A stretch of DNA of 64,000 nt, taken from Deltaproteobacteria bacterium (GTDB taxonomy: Bacteria > Desulfobacterota > Syntrophia > Syntrophales > UBA2210). Of the stretch, positions 17,477-27,593 are shown piece after piece. Under the pieces are notes generated by a model. The model worked only from the letters and a program-made list of their open reading frames with translations, was not told where the DNA came from and made no database searches. Position 1 is the stretch's first letter; each line of letters begins with the position of its first letter. The stretch covers positions 24,063 to 88,062 of the forward strand of contig JAFGTS010000013.1 in NCBI GenBank assembly GCA_016933965.1, written 5' to 3'. The translations under genes and the position numbers were made by a program.

Positions 17477-19276
17477 TCAACCTTCGTACATGCCGTCGAT
17501 TACCCGGGAGAATTTTGAATTGATGACCTTCCGCTTCAGCTTCAGTGTGGGTGTGAGCTCTCCTGTTTCGATAGTGAATTCATTGGGGAGCAGAGTGAAT
17601 TTCCGCAGTTGCTCGACCCGCGCGTAATCCTTCATGAGTTCCTTGATCCTGCCGTCGTAGAACGCGACTATTTCGGGATTCTTTATCAGTTCTTCATTGT
17701 CGGCAAATGATATGCCCTTGTTCTTCGCGTAGGATGACAGCTCGGCGAAGCTGGGAACGATAAGGGCGCTGAGATACTTTTTGCCCTCACCGATGGTGAC
17801 GGCCTGCTCGATAAAAAGGTCCTGGGTGAGCGTGTTCTCGATATTCTGGGGGGAGATGTTCTTTCCGCCGGCCGTTACGATCAGGTCCTTCTTCCGGTCC
17901 GTGATGTGCAGGCATCCCGTGTCGTCGATGAACCCGATGTCCCCGCTCATGAACCATCCGTCATCGGTAAAGGCGGACGCCGTCGCGTCGGGCTTGTTGA
18001 AGTAGCCTTTCATGACCTGGGGGCCCTTGATGAGGATCTCGCCGTCGTCGGCGATCCGGACTTTCGTGTCGGGAAGGACGGGGCCGACGGACCCGAACTG
18101 GAACACGTCGAAGGTGTTCACGTTCGTGACCGGTGACGTTTCCGTCAGGCCGTATCCGTTATGCACGTTGATGCCGATCCCGTTGAAGAATCGGTCTATC
18201 TCGGGGGCGAGAGCGCCGCCGCCGCTGATAAAGATATTAATCCGATCCATGCCGAGGGCGGACCGCAGTTTCGAGAATATGACCTTTTCCGCAATACCAT
18301 ACTGTATCTTCAATCCCAGCGGCATCGCCGAGTGCTGCACCCGGTAATCGACCGCCCTGTCGGCGACCGACGTCGCCCAGCCGAAAAGCTTCTTTTTCGA
18401 CGGCGGAGCGTTTTCCAGTTTGGAGAGGATCCCCGAATGGATCTTTTCAAAGAGGCGCGGCACGCTCACCACCAGGGTCGGCCGGGCCGCTGTCATGTCC
18501 TCCAGTATGGTCTGAAAGCTCTCGGCGAGATAATTGACGGCGCCGATATGGATCATCAGATAAACACTGATGGTCCTGCCCAGCGAATGGCTCCAGGGGA
18601 GAAATGACAGGGCCGTGTCATGATGCCCGATCATGGGATGGGTGCCGAAACTCTGCTTGATGTTGGCGACGAAATTATCATGGGTCAGCATGACGCCTTT
18701 CGGGTCGCCCGTTGTTCCCGAGGTGTAGATCAGTGTTGCCAGCTTATCACCCCTGATGGACCTGAGACGATTCTCAAATTCCTCCCTGTTGCCTGCCGCG
18801 GCCCCCTGTTTCATTACCTCATCGAGGGACAGAATGTCCGCGTCATCGGTGGCAATGGGGTCGAAGGTGATGATCTTTGTGAGCCCATCCATTTTGTTCC
18901 TGACGCTCAGGACCCGCTCGAGGTGATCCCGGTCGGAAACGAGGACGATCTTTGACCCCGAGTCCCTGATGATGTAGGCGGCCTCTCCTCCGGAGTTCGT
19001 CGCGTATATCGGCGCGTCGGCCGCCGCGATCGACAGGATGGCCAGGTCAGCCACCAGCCACTGCCAGCAGTTCTCCGAAAAGATCGAGACGATATCACCC
19101 GGCCGGACCCCCAGGGTAATCAGACCGCATCCGAGATCGACGACCCTCTTTTGCATTTCATCCCAACTGATATCGCTGTATGTTCCCTGTTCCTTGCAGC
19201 GAAGACAGGCTTCGTGTCGGTATTTTTCCGCCCTGTTGTGAAATATTCCAGCGATAGACGTTTCAGCGTACTCCAT
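17477..19276 (-). CDS. Long-chain fatty-acid--CoA ligase (AMP-binding superfamily). Start taken at MEYAET; the ORF extends to 19354.
   Basis: AMP-binding motif LIYTSGTTGDPKGVMLTH. Motifs II/III (…YGLTET…, …GWFMSGDIGFIDDTGCLHITDRKKDLI…). Confidence 0.8.
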   Translation of the reverse strand: MEYAETSIAGIFHNRAEKYRHEACLRCKEQGTYSDISWDEMQKRVVDLGCGLITLGVRPGDIVSIFSENCWQWLVADLAILSIAAADAPIYATNSGGEAAYIIRDSGSKIVLVSDRDHLERVLSVRNKMDGLTKIITFDPIATDDADILSLDEVMKQGAAAGNREEFENRLRSIRGDKLATLIYTSGTTGDPKGVMLTHDNFVANIKQSFGTHPMIGHHDTALSFLPWSHSLGRTISVYLMIHIGAVNYLAESFQTILEDMTAARPTLVVSVPRLFEKIHSGILSKLENAPPSKKKLFGWATSVADRAVDYRVQHSAMPLGLKIQYGIAEKVIFSKLRSALGMDRINIFISGGGALAPEIDRFFNGIGINVHNGYGLTETSPVTNVNTFDVFQFGSVGPVLPDTKVRIADDGEILIKGPQVMKGYFNKPDATASAFTDDGWFMSGDIGFIDDTGCLHITDRKKDLIVTAGGKNISPQNIENTLTQDLFIEQAVTIGEGKKYLSALIVPSFAELSSYAKNKGISFADNEELIKNPEIVAFYDGRIKELMKDYARVEQLRKFTLLPNEFTIETGELTPTLKLKRKVINSKFSRVIDGMYEG

Positions 19277-19457
19277 GGAAAACCTCCCTTCTTTCTTGTT
19301 TTTTATCACAATGGATCTGCTGTCGGATGGGTTCAGAAGGTCTGGGGGTGACACCGCTGTTCGGCGCCCGGGCTCCCCGGATCGGTGTGCAACTCAGGTT
19401 CGTCTGTTAAAGAGCAAAGAATCGGATACGCCCTATGCGGCTCCGATGAAGGTCCCC

Positions 19458-20243
19458 TTAGCTGGGCATGGTAGTGAAAACACCCCGCGGGTCCACTTCC
19501 GATCTCAGGATGTTCAGGATGTCGTCAGGTATCATGGGCGAAGCGGGGATCTCGCCTTCGGGCCGCAGGAGTTCGAAGCCCGTCGATTGCTGCGCGATGT
19601 CGAAATTGACGCCCGGTGTCAGCGATTTGACGCGCATGCGCTTTGATGCCGGTTCAAAATCGTAGACGCCCCACTGGCTCAGGACGGCTATGGGGCCGTT
19701 CCCGGGAAGACCCGCCTCCCGCCTGCTGTTTCCACCGTCGAGATGTCCCACGGACGTGATGAAGTCGACCCGTTCGGGGAATCGTTCCGGTGTCTGCAGG
19801 CCGACGAGGACCATGTTCTCCGTCAGCGAAGAAAGGTCGTTGTTCCCCCCGGAACCGGTCAGGCGGACGGTGGGGTTCAAAAGGTCCTTCCCGATCTGAT
19901 GGGTGTTGACATTGCCGTACATGTCGATCTGGGCGAACCCGAGAAACGCCATGTCAACGTACCCGTTGAAGCTCTGTCCGAAAGAATAGGCCATTTCCAT
20001 CAGAACCGGTGATTTCCGCCAGGTCAGCGGGCAGCCCACCGACCAGGGCATATCTCCCGGTATGGGGTCCTGTCCTCCCGATTCATACACGAGCGTGATG
20101 TTCGGCGCGTGGGTTTTGCGCGCCAGGATTGCGGCCACCATGGGAAGTCCCGTGCCGACATAGACGATCGAATGGTCCCGGATCTGTACAGCTATGATAT
20201 ATGTAAGCATTTCAAGAAGATTTGCTGGTCCCTGCTGTTTCAT
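19458..20243 (-). CDS. CoA-transferase subunit B (glutaconate/3-oxoacid CoA-transferase family)
   Basis: 261 aa. CoA-transferase family I beta-subunit pattern (…SGGQ… / …GSGGNNDL…). Adjacent to the subunit A gene. Confidence 0.7.
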   Translation of the reverse strand: MKQQGPANLLEMLTYIIAVQIRDHSIVYVGTGLPMVAAILARKTHAPNITLVYESGGQDPIPGDMPWSVGCPLTWRKSPVLMEMAYSFGQSFNGYVDMAFLGFAQIDMYGNVNTHQIGKDLLNPTVRLTGSGGNNDLSSLTENMVLVGLQTPERFPERVDFITSVGHLDGGNSRREAGLPGNGPIAVLSQWGVYDFEPASKRMRVKSLTPGVNFDIAQQSTGFELLRPEGEIPASPMIPDDILNILRSEVDPRGVFTTMPS

Positions 20244-20272
20244 GTCCTATCTCCTCCTCTGTCCCCGGGTGA

Positions 20273-21367
20273 TTAATAATAGATGCCCGGGTCATCATTG
20301 ATGTTATATTCCTTATATGAGAAATCGATGTCCTCGTTGTCCCCTTCGGCAGATTTGGTCTGGCGCCGCGCTTCGGCGATCCACTTCGCGCCGCCGAGTT
20401 TTTCGACGAAATCAAATTGATCCTTTGACTCCATGACCCAGTAGTTGAAATGATCAATGAATCGTTCTTCGTCGGGACTGGCCAGGCGCATGGTCTTTTC
20501 CCACCACTGGCGCGACCAGTAGTAATATCCCGGCATGTTGCCCGGGACGGCGCCGAAAGGAAGCTCCACAACGGCGTCGGCGTAAAAGAAGGGGATGACG
20601 ACGCCCTTCCTTCCGTTGTGTCGAAAGGAGCTTTCAGGGATGATCTCTTCCGCCGTAATGATCAGTTTTCTCGTGGCGATCGCCAGGGCGGTGTCATTCA
20701 CCACGGGCCCGTAAATAAAGGCGTTACCGTATTTGTCGGCCGCGTGAGCATGAATGATGGTGATATCCGGGTATATGGCGGGAATAAAGGCCACCGGGTC
20801 GGGGTCATCCCGCAGGGGGTTCTGCATGACTTTTACATAAGGATTGTATTTGATGATGTCCGAGCCGAGCATCTGCTTGCTGAACAGGCCCGGGGCTCCC
20901 AGCTGGGCGGCCTTGAGGGCCAGTGCCACGCCGCCGTGGCTCCATTCCGATAAAATGCCCACCTTGCCGTTCTTCAACTGCCGGGAATAATTACGGTCGG
21001 TCCCGCGCATCTCGGCGCCTATATAGGAATTGTGAGAGTAGCGGACGGTACCGTAATTGATCATGTAACTCTGATTCGTGTTGGGTGCACCGATGACCTG
21101 CAGGTCCTTTTTGCCCTGACGCATTATCTCGAAATACGCCTGGTGGGAAGTGCGGACATAGGCAAATCCGGCATCGGAAAGAACGTCACCGTCATCCACG
21201 AAGGTGGCGATCGCTTCTTTCAGATCCATTCTTTTGTCGATTTTGCCGCGTTCCTTTTTCAGGTGGGCTGCCCGTGCGGATTCGAAATCCACCAGACGAT
21301 CCAGTATCGAGGTGTCCTCGATCTTGAGGTTCCTGAGGGCATCCTCGTTATAGCTGTACGTACTCAT
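20273..21367 (-). CDS. CoA-transferase subunit A (glutaconate CoA-transferase GctA-like). Start taken at MSTYS.
   Basis: About 365 aa. Family I CoA-transferase alpha subunit similarity. Forms a pair with the downstream B subunit. Confidence 0.7.
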   Translation of the reverse strand: MSTYSYNEDALRNLKIEDTSILDRLVDFESARAAHLKKERGKIDKRMDLKEAIATFVDDGDVLSDAGFAYVRTSHQAYFEIMRQGKKDLQVIGAPNTNQSYMINYGTVRYSHNSYIGAEMRGTDRNYSRQLKNGKVGILSEWSHGGVALALKAAQLGAPGLFSKQMLGSDIIKYNPYVKVMQNPLRDDPDPVAFIPAIYPDITIIHAHAADKYGNAFIYGPVVNDTALAIATRKLIITAEEIIPESSFRHNGRKGVVIPFFYADAVVELPFGAVPGNMPGYYYWSRQWWEKTMRLASPDEERFIDHFNYWVMESKDQFDFVEKLGGAKWIAEARRQTKSAEGDNEDIDFSYKEYNINDDPGIYY

Positions 21368-21770
21368 GTTCCTTCTCCTCATATAAAAGATCTGTGGGCG
21401 GTGTTTGTAATGGGGCCGTATGTCCCCGTTCGGGGCGCACAGGGTCGGTTTCGAATGGAATCCATGTGGTGCTTCTGAAGGCCCGTGTTACATAAATCCG
21501 TTTTTTGTTCGCAAGAAAAATGCCAGGGATGCTGAAGGCATCAGGTAAGGGAGCATGTTCTGAATTAGTTCGGAAAAACGAATGGTTATGCTTGTGACGA
21601 TTCAACTACACCCGATGTGGGATCGCTCGGCCCGAGAGGCTCTTTTCAGAAAAGTGCGAATATCGAACGTTGTTCCTGTGTTTAATGAATGCGGTCGGTT
21701 TATTTGTAAGGTTATAGCACGATATGTGCGATATCCGAACTTGCTGTTTGGATATCGCACAATACTATTG

Positions 21771-22991
21771 CTACATCATTTCCTGCTGACTGAGTTCCAC
21801 GGCGCGGTCTATTTCGGCCTTCAATCGCGGAGGCAGGCCGGGTATGTCGACACTGAGAAAACCCCTGACGATCGTCGCCGTTGCTTCTTCCTCCGTCAGA
21901 CCCCTCGACATGAGGTAGAGGATCTCATCCTGGGCGATCTTGCCCACCGCTGCTTCGTGGGACATTTCAACGCCGTCCACCATGCCCTTCAGCTCCGGAA
22001 TGGCGTGCATCAGGCCGCCGTTGAGAATGAGGCCGTGACATTCGAGATGTCCCCGCACCCCGGGTACCTCACCCACGATGTCGCCCCGGGCGATGATGGT
22101 GCCGCCGTTGGTGATGGCACGGGAAACGATCTCCGCCCGGGTATCCTCCGCTCTGAGCAGTACCCTGCCGCCGATGTCGATCTCGGACCCGGGTGCTCCC
22201 ACAAGAAGGCTGTAAAAGCGAGCCACGGATCCCTTGCCCTCGAGGCGGGTCGTCGGGTATGCCTGGATCGACTGGATTGGTTTCATGCTGACATAGTTGC
22301 TCAGGAAAAGGCCGCCTTCTTCGACGCAGGTGACCGAGCGGGGCCGTACGATCATGTTGTCGGCCCAGTGATGTATCATGGTGAAACTCAGCTTCGCGTT
22401 CTTCTTGACGTAAAATTCCGAGATGCCGATGTGCAGCCCCCGGCTGACATGTGCCGCCGCCGCGCACCCTGAAATGACGTGAACTTCGGAGCCCTCTTCG
22501 GCGATGACGATGTTGTGTACGTTCTGAACGGATCCGTCCTTGTGGAAATAGAGGCATGCCTGGACGGGGAATGATATGGCCTTCCCCGGCAATGCGCGGA
22601 TCACATAGCCGTCCTGGAGGTCCGTATGGGCACGGGAAGTGTACTTGTCCAGATCGACGGGCACCAGCTTTCCATAGTAATCCCGTATCCACGGGAGGTG
22701 TTCCAGGGCGTCCCGGATGGGTATGACCTCCAGCCCTTCTTCGTGTGAGAATGAGTAAATGGCAACGGAATCCTTCTGGATATAGGTGCCGGATTTTTCC
22801 TGCTCGCTGGTATCGATACCGGCCATGAGCAACTGTTCCCGGTCTTCCTCGGGGATGTCAGCCGCCCGTTTCACGGTTTCGTGCCGGGGGGATTCTTCCG
22901 TGAAGGAATCTATATCTATATCGGGGCCGATGGCTGCCTGTTTGTCCCGGGCCGCAGCGGCCTTTTTATCTAGATCACGCATCGCACACAT
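21771..22991 (-). CDS. sufB: Fe-S cluster assembly scaffold protein, SufB/SufD family
   Basis: 406 aa with SufBD-type beta-helix region. Its start overlaps the sufC stop (coupled sufC-sufBD). Confidence 0.75.
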   Translation of the reverse strand: MCAMRDLDKKAAAARDKQAAIGPDIDIDSFTEESPRHETVKRAADIPEEDREQLLMAGIDTSEQEKSGTYIQKDSVAIYSFSHEEGLEVIPIRDALEHLPWIRDYYGKLVPVDLDKYTSRAHTDLQDGYVIRALPGKAISFPVQACLYFHKDGSVQNVHNIVIAEEGSEVHVISGCAAAAHVSRGLHIGISEFYVKKNAKLSFTMIHHWADNMIVRPRSVTCVEEGGLFLSNYVSMKPIQSIQAYPTTRLEGKGSVARFYSLLVGAPGSEIDIGGRVLLRAEDTRAEIVSRAITNGGTIIARGDIVGEVPGVRGHLECHGLILNGGLMHAIPELKGMVDGVEMSHEAAVGKIAQDEILYLMSRGLTEEEATATIVRGFLSVDIPGLPPRLKAEIDRAVELSQQEMM

Positions 22992-23725
22992 TGCTCGTAT
23001 CCTTCATCCTTTATTTGCTTGAAGATCGCCGTGGGGTTGCTCTTGCAGGCCAGGACCCCGTTGAAGAGCACCTGTCCCTTGTCGGCGGTGACATAGTCCA
23101 GTATGAACCCCGTATGAGTGATGATCAGCCCCATTTTCGTCCGTTCCTTGATCGCGTCCTTTTTTGATTCTCCCGGCCGCGGATGGATATCTCTCTGAAG
23201 CAACCGGCTGATCGTCTGGCCGATCAGGGCTATGTTTTCCAGGTCGACACCCGACTCCGGTTCGTCGAACAGGAGGAGCTCCGGGTCCTGTGCCATGAGC
23301 TGCAGCAGTTCTGAGCGCTTGATCTCCCCGCCCGAAAAGCCTACATTGATGTCCCGGTCGAGAAACTGGGCAAAGTTCATCTGGTTGGCCAGGGCCTCGA
23401 CATCGACGTGATCGCCGCTGCAGATGCTTACCATCTGTTTGGTCTTGAGTCCCTGGATGCTGGGCGGCCGCTGGTAGGACATACCGATGCCCATGCGGGC
23501 GCGTTCATTGACGGGCAGGTAAGTGATGTCCTTGTCCTTGAAGTAAATTTTCCCCGAAGTGACCTGATACTGGGGGTATCCCATAATGGCCATGAGAAGG
23601 GATGTCTTCCCCGATCCGTTCGGTCCGAAAAGGATGTGGGTCTGTCCCGGACGAATCTCGAGGTTGATATTCCTGAGGAGTTCCCGGTCACCCATTTTTA
23701 CCTGTAAATTCTCAAGTACGAGCAT
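22970..23725 (-). CDS. sufC: Fe-S cluster assembly ATPase SufC
   Basis: Walker A GPNGSGKTSLL. ABC signature FSGGEIKRSELLQL. Walker B LLLFDEPESGVD. Confidence 0.85.
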   Translation of the reverse strand: MLVLENLQVKMGDRELLRNINLEIRPGQTHILFGPNGSGKTSLLMAIMGYPQYQVTSGKIYFKDKDITYLPVNERARMGIGMSYQRPPSIQGLKTKQMVSICSGDHVDVEALANQMNFAQFLDRDINVGFSGGEIKRSELLQLMAQDPELLLFDEPESGVDLENIALIGQTISRLLQRDIHPRPGESKKDAIKERTKMGLIITHTGFILDYVTADKGQVLFNGVLACKSNPTAIFKQIKDEGYEQCVRCVI

Positions 23726-23894
23726 TTTTTATGTCCCTCGTCGTAAGATAAAAAAAAGCTTTATCTGCCTTTCTTCAAAAATGTCAAGACTTTTTCACTG
23801 CTTTGCAGGTGTGCCGGCACTGCCGTGATAGTTCTTGCCTTTTGACGCCTCCTTCACTATAGAAGACTGATTTACCGACCGACAGGAACTGACC

Positions 23895-24710
23895 GTGAAA
23901 GAACGATCATTCATCCATCTCTGCCAACCCGGTGCCGGCAAGTCCTGCGGAGCCTGCTGCGGTCTGTACAACTATGCGGACAGCAGCCGGGAAACGCTTC
24001 TGAAAAAGCTGCGACACCGGACATCCCTGTTCCACGCAACTGTTCGCGGGGCTGACGACCTGGCGGGCTTTTCACGGGCCGTCAGGGAAGTGGAACCGTC
24101 GGATAAGCTCTACGAGGTCATTTACTGTTGTGAGTACCTCGGGTTTCTCGACGAGGAAGAGCGAAGAGTCGGGTGTCTGCTCCATCCCATGCAGAACGAG
24201 GGCGTGGACCTGCGGGATGTGTCATTTTACGGGCGTGAGCTCTGCGACGGTCATTTCTGCCCGAGTTATCATTTTCTCACGGCTGAGGAAAAACGATCGG
24301 TCATCAATGTCATCGACGACTGGTATCTGTACGGCCTGTGCGTTACCGACATCGATCTTGTCAAGGAATACTTCCGGTTCATCAGTGACGAACTCGGCGC
24401 CGTCCCCCGTTCGGAAATGTTGCGGGAAGGGCCTCTGAAGGATATCGCACACCGCTTCTTTTCCATGAAGATCTCCTGGCCCTTCCGTTCCCCCGAGACA
24501 AACCGGTTCGGCAAATACTATTTCGACGGTTCGCAATACATGATCAGTCATATCGATTATGAGGGAATGGGTTGCGTCCGTTCGCGTTTCGATAAGATAT
24601 TTCTCAGCCTGACATCATGTTTTGACTCCGTCCGTGAGATCAGGGATGCCGAGGCGCTGATACAGGCGAATATTGATGAGTTTGTCGGGTGCTACCGTGA
24701 GAACTGCTGA
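23895..24710 (+). CDS. Cysteine-rich hypothetical protein (271 aa; 19 Cys including a CGACCG cluster), divergent from sufC
   Basis: ORF with RBS context. Cys clusters CQPGAGKSCGACCG, YCCEY, ELCDGHFC, GCYRENC. No known family recognised. Confidence 0.45.
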   Translation: MKERSFIHLCQPGAGKSCGACCGLYNYADSSRETLLKKLRHRTSLFHATVRGADDLAGFSRAVREVEPSDKLYEVIYCCEYLGFLDEEERRVGCLLHPMQNEGVDLRDVSFYGRELCDGHFCPSYHFLTAEEKRSVINVIDDWYLYGLCVTDIDLVKEYFRFISDELGAVPRSEMLREGPLKDIAHRFFSMKISWPFRSPETNRFGKYYFDGSQYMISHIDYEGMGCVRSRFDKIFLSLTSCFDSVREIRDAEALIQANIDEFVGCYRENC

Positions 24711-24883
24711 CGACTTCGTAAAAAGTCCATATGCGGCGTTGCGCTTTATCCTTCGTCACTGCGACGTACGGAAAAGTACGCCTCATTCCTCAGGATTCGC
24801 GCGCCTTGCCTCTGGAGCTTTTTACGAAGCCGTTGCACTGAAGGCGTAAATTGCTGACGACTTCGTAAAAAGTCCATATGCGG
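24704..24883. repeat. Pair of 32-bp direct repeats (tgctgacgacttcgtaaaaagtccatatgcgg) 148 bp apart, upstream of hpt
   Basis: Copy 1 at 24704-24736, copy 2 at 24852-24883, identical over 32 nt. The spacer contains ctttttacgaag, complementary to cttcgtaaaaag within the repeat. Confidence 0.7.
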
Positions 24884-24933
24884 TGCCCGACAGGCTTCAT
24901 CCGTATTGACAGGTTTGGCCGTTTCCGTTAGGT

Positions 24934-25482
24934 TTGGGCGAGCAGGAGGGCCGAGTGAAGGAACAGAGAAGACGGATACTCTATTCAAGGGAAGAAATTC
25001 TAGAGAGGGTCGAATCACTCGGCGAAGAGATCTCCCGGCGCCACGAGGGTGATGAGATCGTGTTCATCTGCGTTCTCAAGGGTGCCTTCATGTTTCTCGC
25101 CGATCTGGTAAGACACGTGCGAGTCCCTCACGCGATCGATTTCGTCAGGCTGGCCAGTTACGGGTGCGGTTCAGAAAGTTCCGGGACCGTGACGGTGACG
25201 AAGGATATCGAGCTTCCTCTTGCGGGCAGGCACGTCATTATTGTGGAGGATATCATTGATTCCGGATTGACCCTTTCCTCTCTGCGGGAGCGGATCGAGG
25301 CCCAGGGCCCCGCTTCAGTAGAGATATGCACTTTGATCGATAAACGGGGCAGACGGAAGATGCCTGCCCCGGCCGATTACGTCGGTTTTGTCATGGATGA
25401 TGGATTCATCGTCGGCTATGGACTTGATTTTGATGAGCAATACCGGTATCTTCCGGATATCTGTGTTATTGAAGACCTGTAA
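24934..25482 (+). CDS. hpt: Hypoxanthine phosphoribosyltransferase (alternative GTG start at 24955)
   Basis: PRPP-binding motif VIIVEDIIDSGLT. FICVLKGAFMFLADL motif. Confidence 0.85.
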   Translation: MGEQEGRVKEQRRRILYSREEILERVESLGEEISRRHEGDEIVFICVLKGAFMFLADLVRHVRVPHAIDFVRLASYGCGSESSGTVTVTKDIELPLAGRHVIIVEDIIDSGLTLSSLRERIEAQGPASVEICTLIDKRGRRKMPAPADYVGFVMDDGFIVGYGLDFDEQYRYLPDICVIEDL

Positions 25483-25503
25483 CGGCCGCTGAAGGCGGTC
25501 ATT

Positions 25504-26451
25504 TTGAGGGGGGTGCGCGTGATCGTTGAGTGTCCTGACTGCAAAACAACCTATCGCTTCGATGAAAAGCTGATCACCGGTGAAGGTGTATGGGTGCGGT
25601 GCAGCCGGTGCGGGCGTGTTTTCTTTCTTGAGCCTCCCACGCCGGCGGTGGAGGAGATCTCTCTCGACGACATCCGGGCCGAGTTGAGCGAAAATAATAT
25701 CCATGCCGGCTCGGAAGATATTGAGGACCTGGCGCGGTTGCTCGAGGAAGTCGGTATCGGTGATGACTCCGGCGGGTCCGTTGTCGATGAAACAGAGGAG
25801 ATGCATCCCGAAACCGTTGTGCCGGTGGCTGAAGAAAAAGTCGCTCAACCGGTGGTTTTCAGGCGCGATCAAAGATCCGGAAGGAGGGTCGGCTTCGTAC
25901 TCAGCCTGATCGCCGGTGTTCTGCTGGTCCTCGTACTGATGGGTGGTGTTTCCCTGTGGCTTCTTCCCGATCTGCGGGAGGATGTTCTGAGCCGTGTCCG
26001 GCTTCCTTCATACCTCTCATCGCTTTTGATGCCTCAGAAAGGGACCGCTTCCGTAGCGGATGCCCTGGTGAACATCGATTTTACCGACATCAGGGAGCGG
26101 TATGTTCAAAACTGGATCATCGGTACCATCCTGGTCGTCGAGGGATCGGCACAGAACAACAACAGCGGTCTCGTTTCGGAGATCAGCGTGCGGGGGAAAC
26201 TGCTCGACCGGGACGGGGCTGTACTGGCGGAAGAGCACAGCTACTGCGGGAATATTCTCAGCGAAGATGAACTGACCAACCTCACCCGCGAAGAAACGTT
26301 CGGTGAACTGATGCGTCCCGAAGGAAGCACGCACTCGAACAGGAACATCCCCGCCGGCGAGAGCATTCCTTTCATGCTGGTTTTCCCGGCACCGGCCATG
26401 GAGGTCAGTGAGATCGCCCTTGAACTTGCAGGGGTCGAGGCGGGAGACTGA
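25504..26451 (+). CDS. MJ0042-type zinc-ribbon protein with single TM helix and DUF3426-like C-terminal domain
   Basis: VECPDCKTTYRF...VRCSRCGRVF zinc ribbon. Acidic linker. TM segment FVLSLIAGVLLVLVLMGGVSLWLL. Confidence 0.6.
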   Translation: MRGVRVIVECPDCKTTYRFDEKLITGEGVWVRCSRCGRVFFLEPPTPAVEEISLDDIRAELSENNIHAGSEDIEDLARLLEEVGIGDDSGGSVVDETEEMHPETVVPVAEEKVAQPVVFRRDQRSGRRVGFVLSLIAGVLLVLVLMGGVSLWLLPDLREDVLSRVRLPSYLSSLLMPQKGTASVADALVNIDFTDIRERYVQNWIIGTILVVEGSAQNNNSGLVSEISVRGKLLDRDGAVLAEEHSYCGNILSEDELTNLTREETFGELMRPEGSTHSNRNIPAGESIPFMLVFPAPAMEVSEIALELAGVEAGD

Positions 26452-26521
26452 CGGCGGCTATGACGGCCGTTACCCGGGCGGTCAGACCGCCGGACGCCGC
26501 CGGGTTCACAAGGACAGACCT

Positions 26522-27520
26522 GTGACACAGACCCGGAAAATCAGATATGCCTTTGTTCTGCTCCTCCTGATCATTGTCGCCGGAACGATCGGGTATCATT
26601 TGCTCGAGGGATGGCCGATCCTTGAGTCTTTTTATGCCACTATTGTTACCCTGGGAACGGTGGGGTACGGCGATTTCTATCCGGTCACCATAGAGGGACG
26701 GCTCTTCGCCGTCTTTCTGATCGTTACCGGCGTGGGGGCCATGGCCTATACGTTTGCCCTGGCGATGGAATATTTTCTGGAAGGCCGCCTGGAGCAGGTT
26801 CTTGGGAGGGGAAAGATGGAACGCCAGCTAAAGAAATTGTCCCATCATCATATTATCTGCGGGTATGGGAAGATCGGCCGGCTTATCTGCAGGGAACTCG
26901 CCCGCGAGGCGGTCGATTTCGTCGTCATCGAGAACGACGCCGCCGTGGTCCAGGAGATCATCAAAGACGGGTACCTCCATATCCTGGGTAGTGCGACGGA
27001 AGACAAGACCCTGTTGGATGCGGGAGTCGAGCGGGCCGCGAGCGTTGTCTGCGCGCTTCCCACCGACGCTCATAATCTTTACGTGATCCTCGCCGCTAAG
27101 GAGATCAATCCCTCCGTGTTCGTTCTCTCCCGGGCCGAAGATGAAGCGTCCGAGCATCGATTAACAAAGATCGGCGCCGACCGGGTCATGTCACCTTACA
27201 AGGAAGGCGGCATGAGAATGGCCCTGGCCATACTGAAACCTGATATACTCGACTTCATCGAGCTGACCACGAGCCGGCAGAGCCTGGAGCTGCGCATGGA
27301 GGAACTGACGGTCTGTGAAGAGTCGCCGATAGTGGGCAAGACCCTCGCTGAATCAGCGCTTCGCCATGAATACGGCATCATCGTCGTTGCCATCAAAAAG
27401 GAATCGGGAAAGATGATATTCAACCCGGAGGCATCCTACCCCATTGAAAAAATGGACAAGCTGATCGCTCTCGGCCAGGAAGATGACCTCGCCCGCTTTT
27501 CCCACGTCTGTCAGATATAA
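26522..27520 (+). CDS. Potassium channel with RCK/TrkA-N and TrkA-C domains (MthK-like). Start taken at GTG 26522 to avoid overlap with the upstream gene.
   Basis: Selectivity filter TLGTVGYGD. RCK Rossmann motif HIICGYGKIGR. C-terminal TrkA-C region. Confidence 0.8.
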   Translation: MTQTRKIRYAFVLLLLIIVAGTIGYHLLEGWPILESFYATIVTLGTVGYGDFYPVTIEGRLFAVFLIVTGVGAMAYTFALAMEYFLEGRLEQVLGRGKMERQLKKLSHHHIICGYGKIGRLICRELAREAVDFVVIENDAAVVQEIIKDGYLHILGSATEDKTLLDAGVERAASVVCALPTDAHNLYVILAAKEINPSVFVLSRAEDEASEHRLTKIGADRVMSPYKEGGMRMALAILKPDILDFIELTTSRQSLELRMEELTVCEESPIVGKTLAESALRHEYGIIVVAIKKESGKMIFNPEASYPIEKMDKLIALGQEDDLARFSHVCQI

Positions 27521-27593
27521 CATTGCCGCATCAAGCGATCAGCATCGTAAAATAAGTACGTTTTGTGATCCATTAGAAAAGGAGGTCGTTTTT

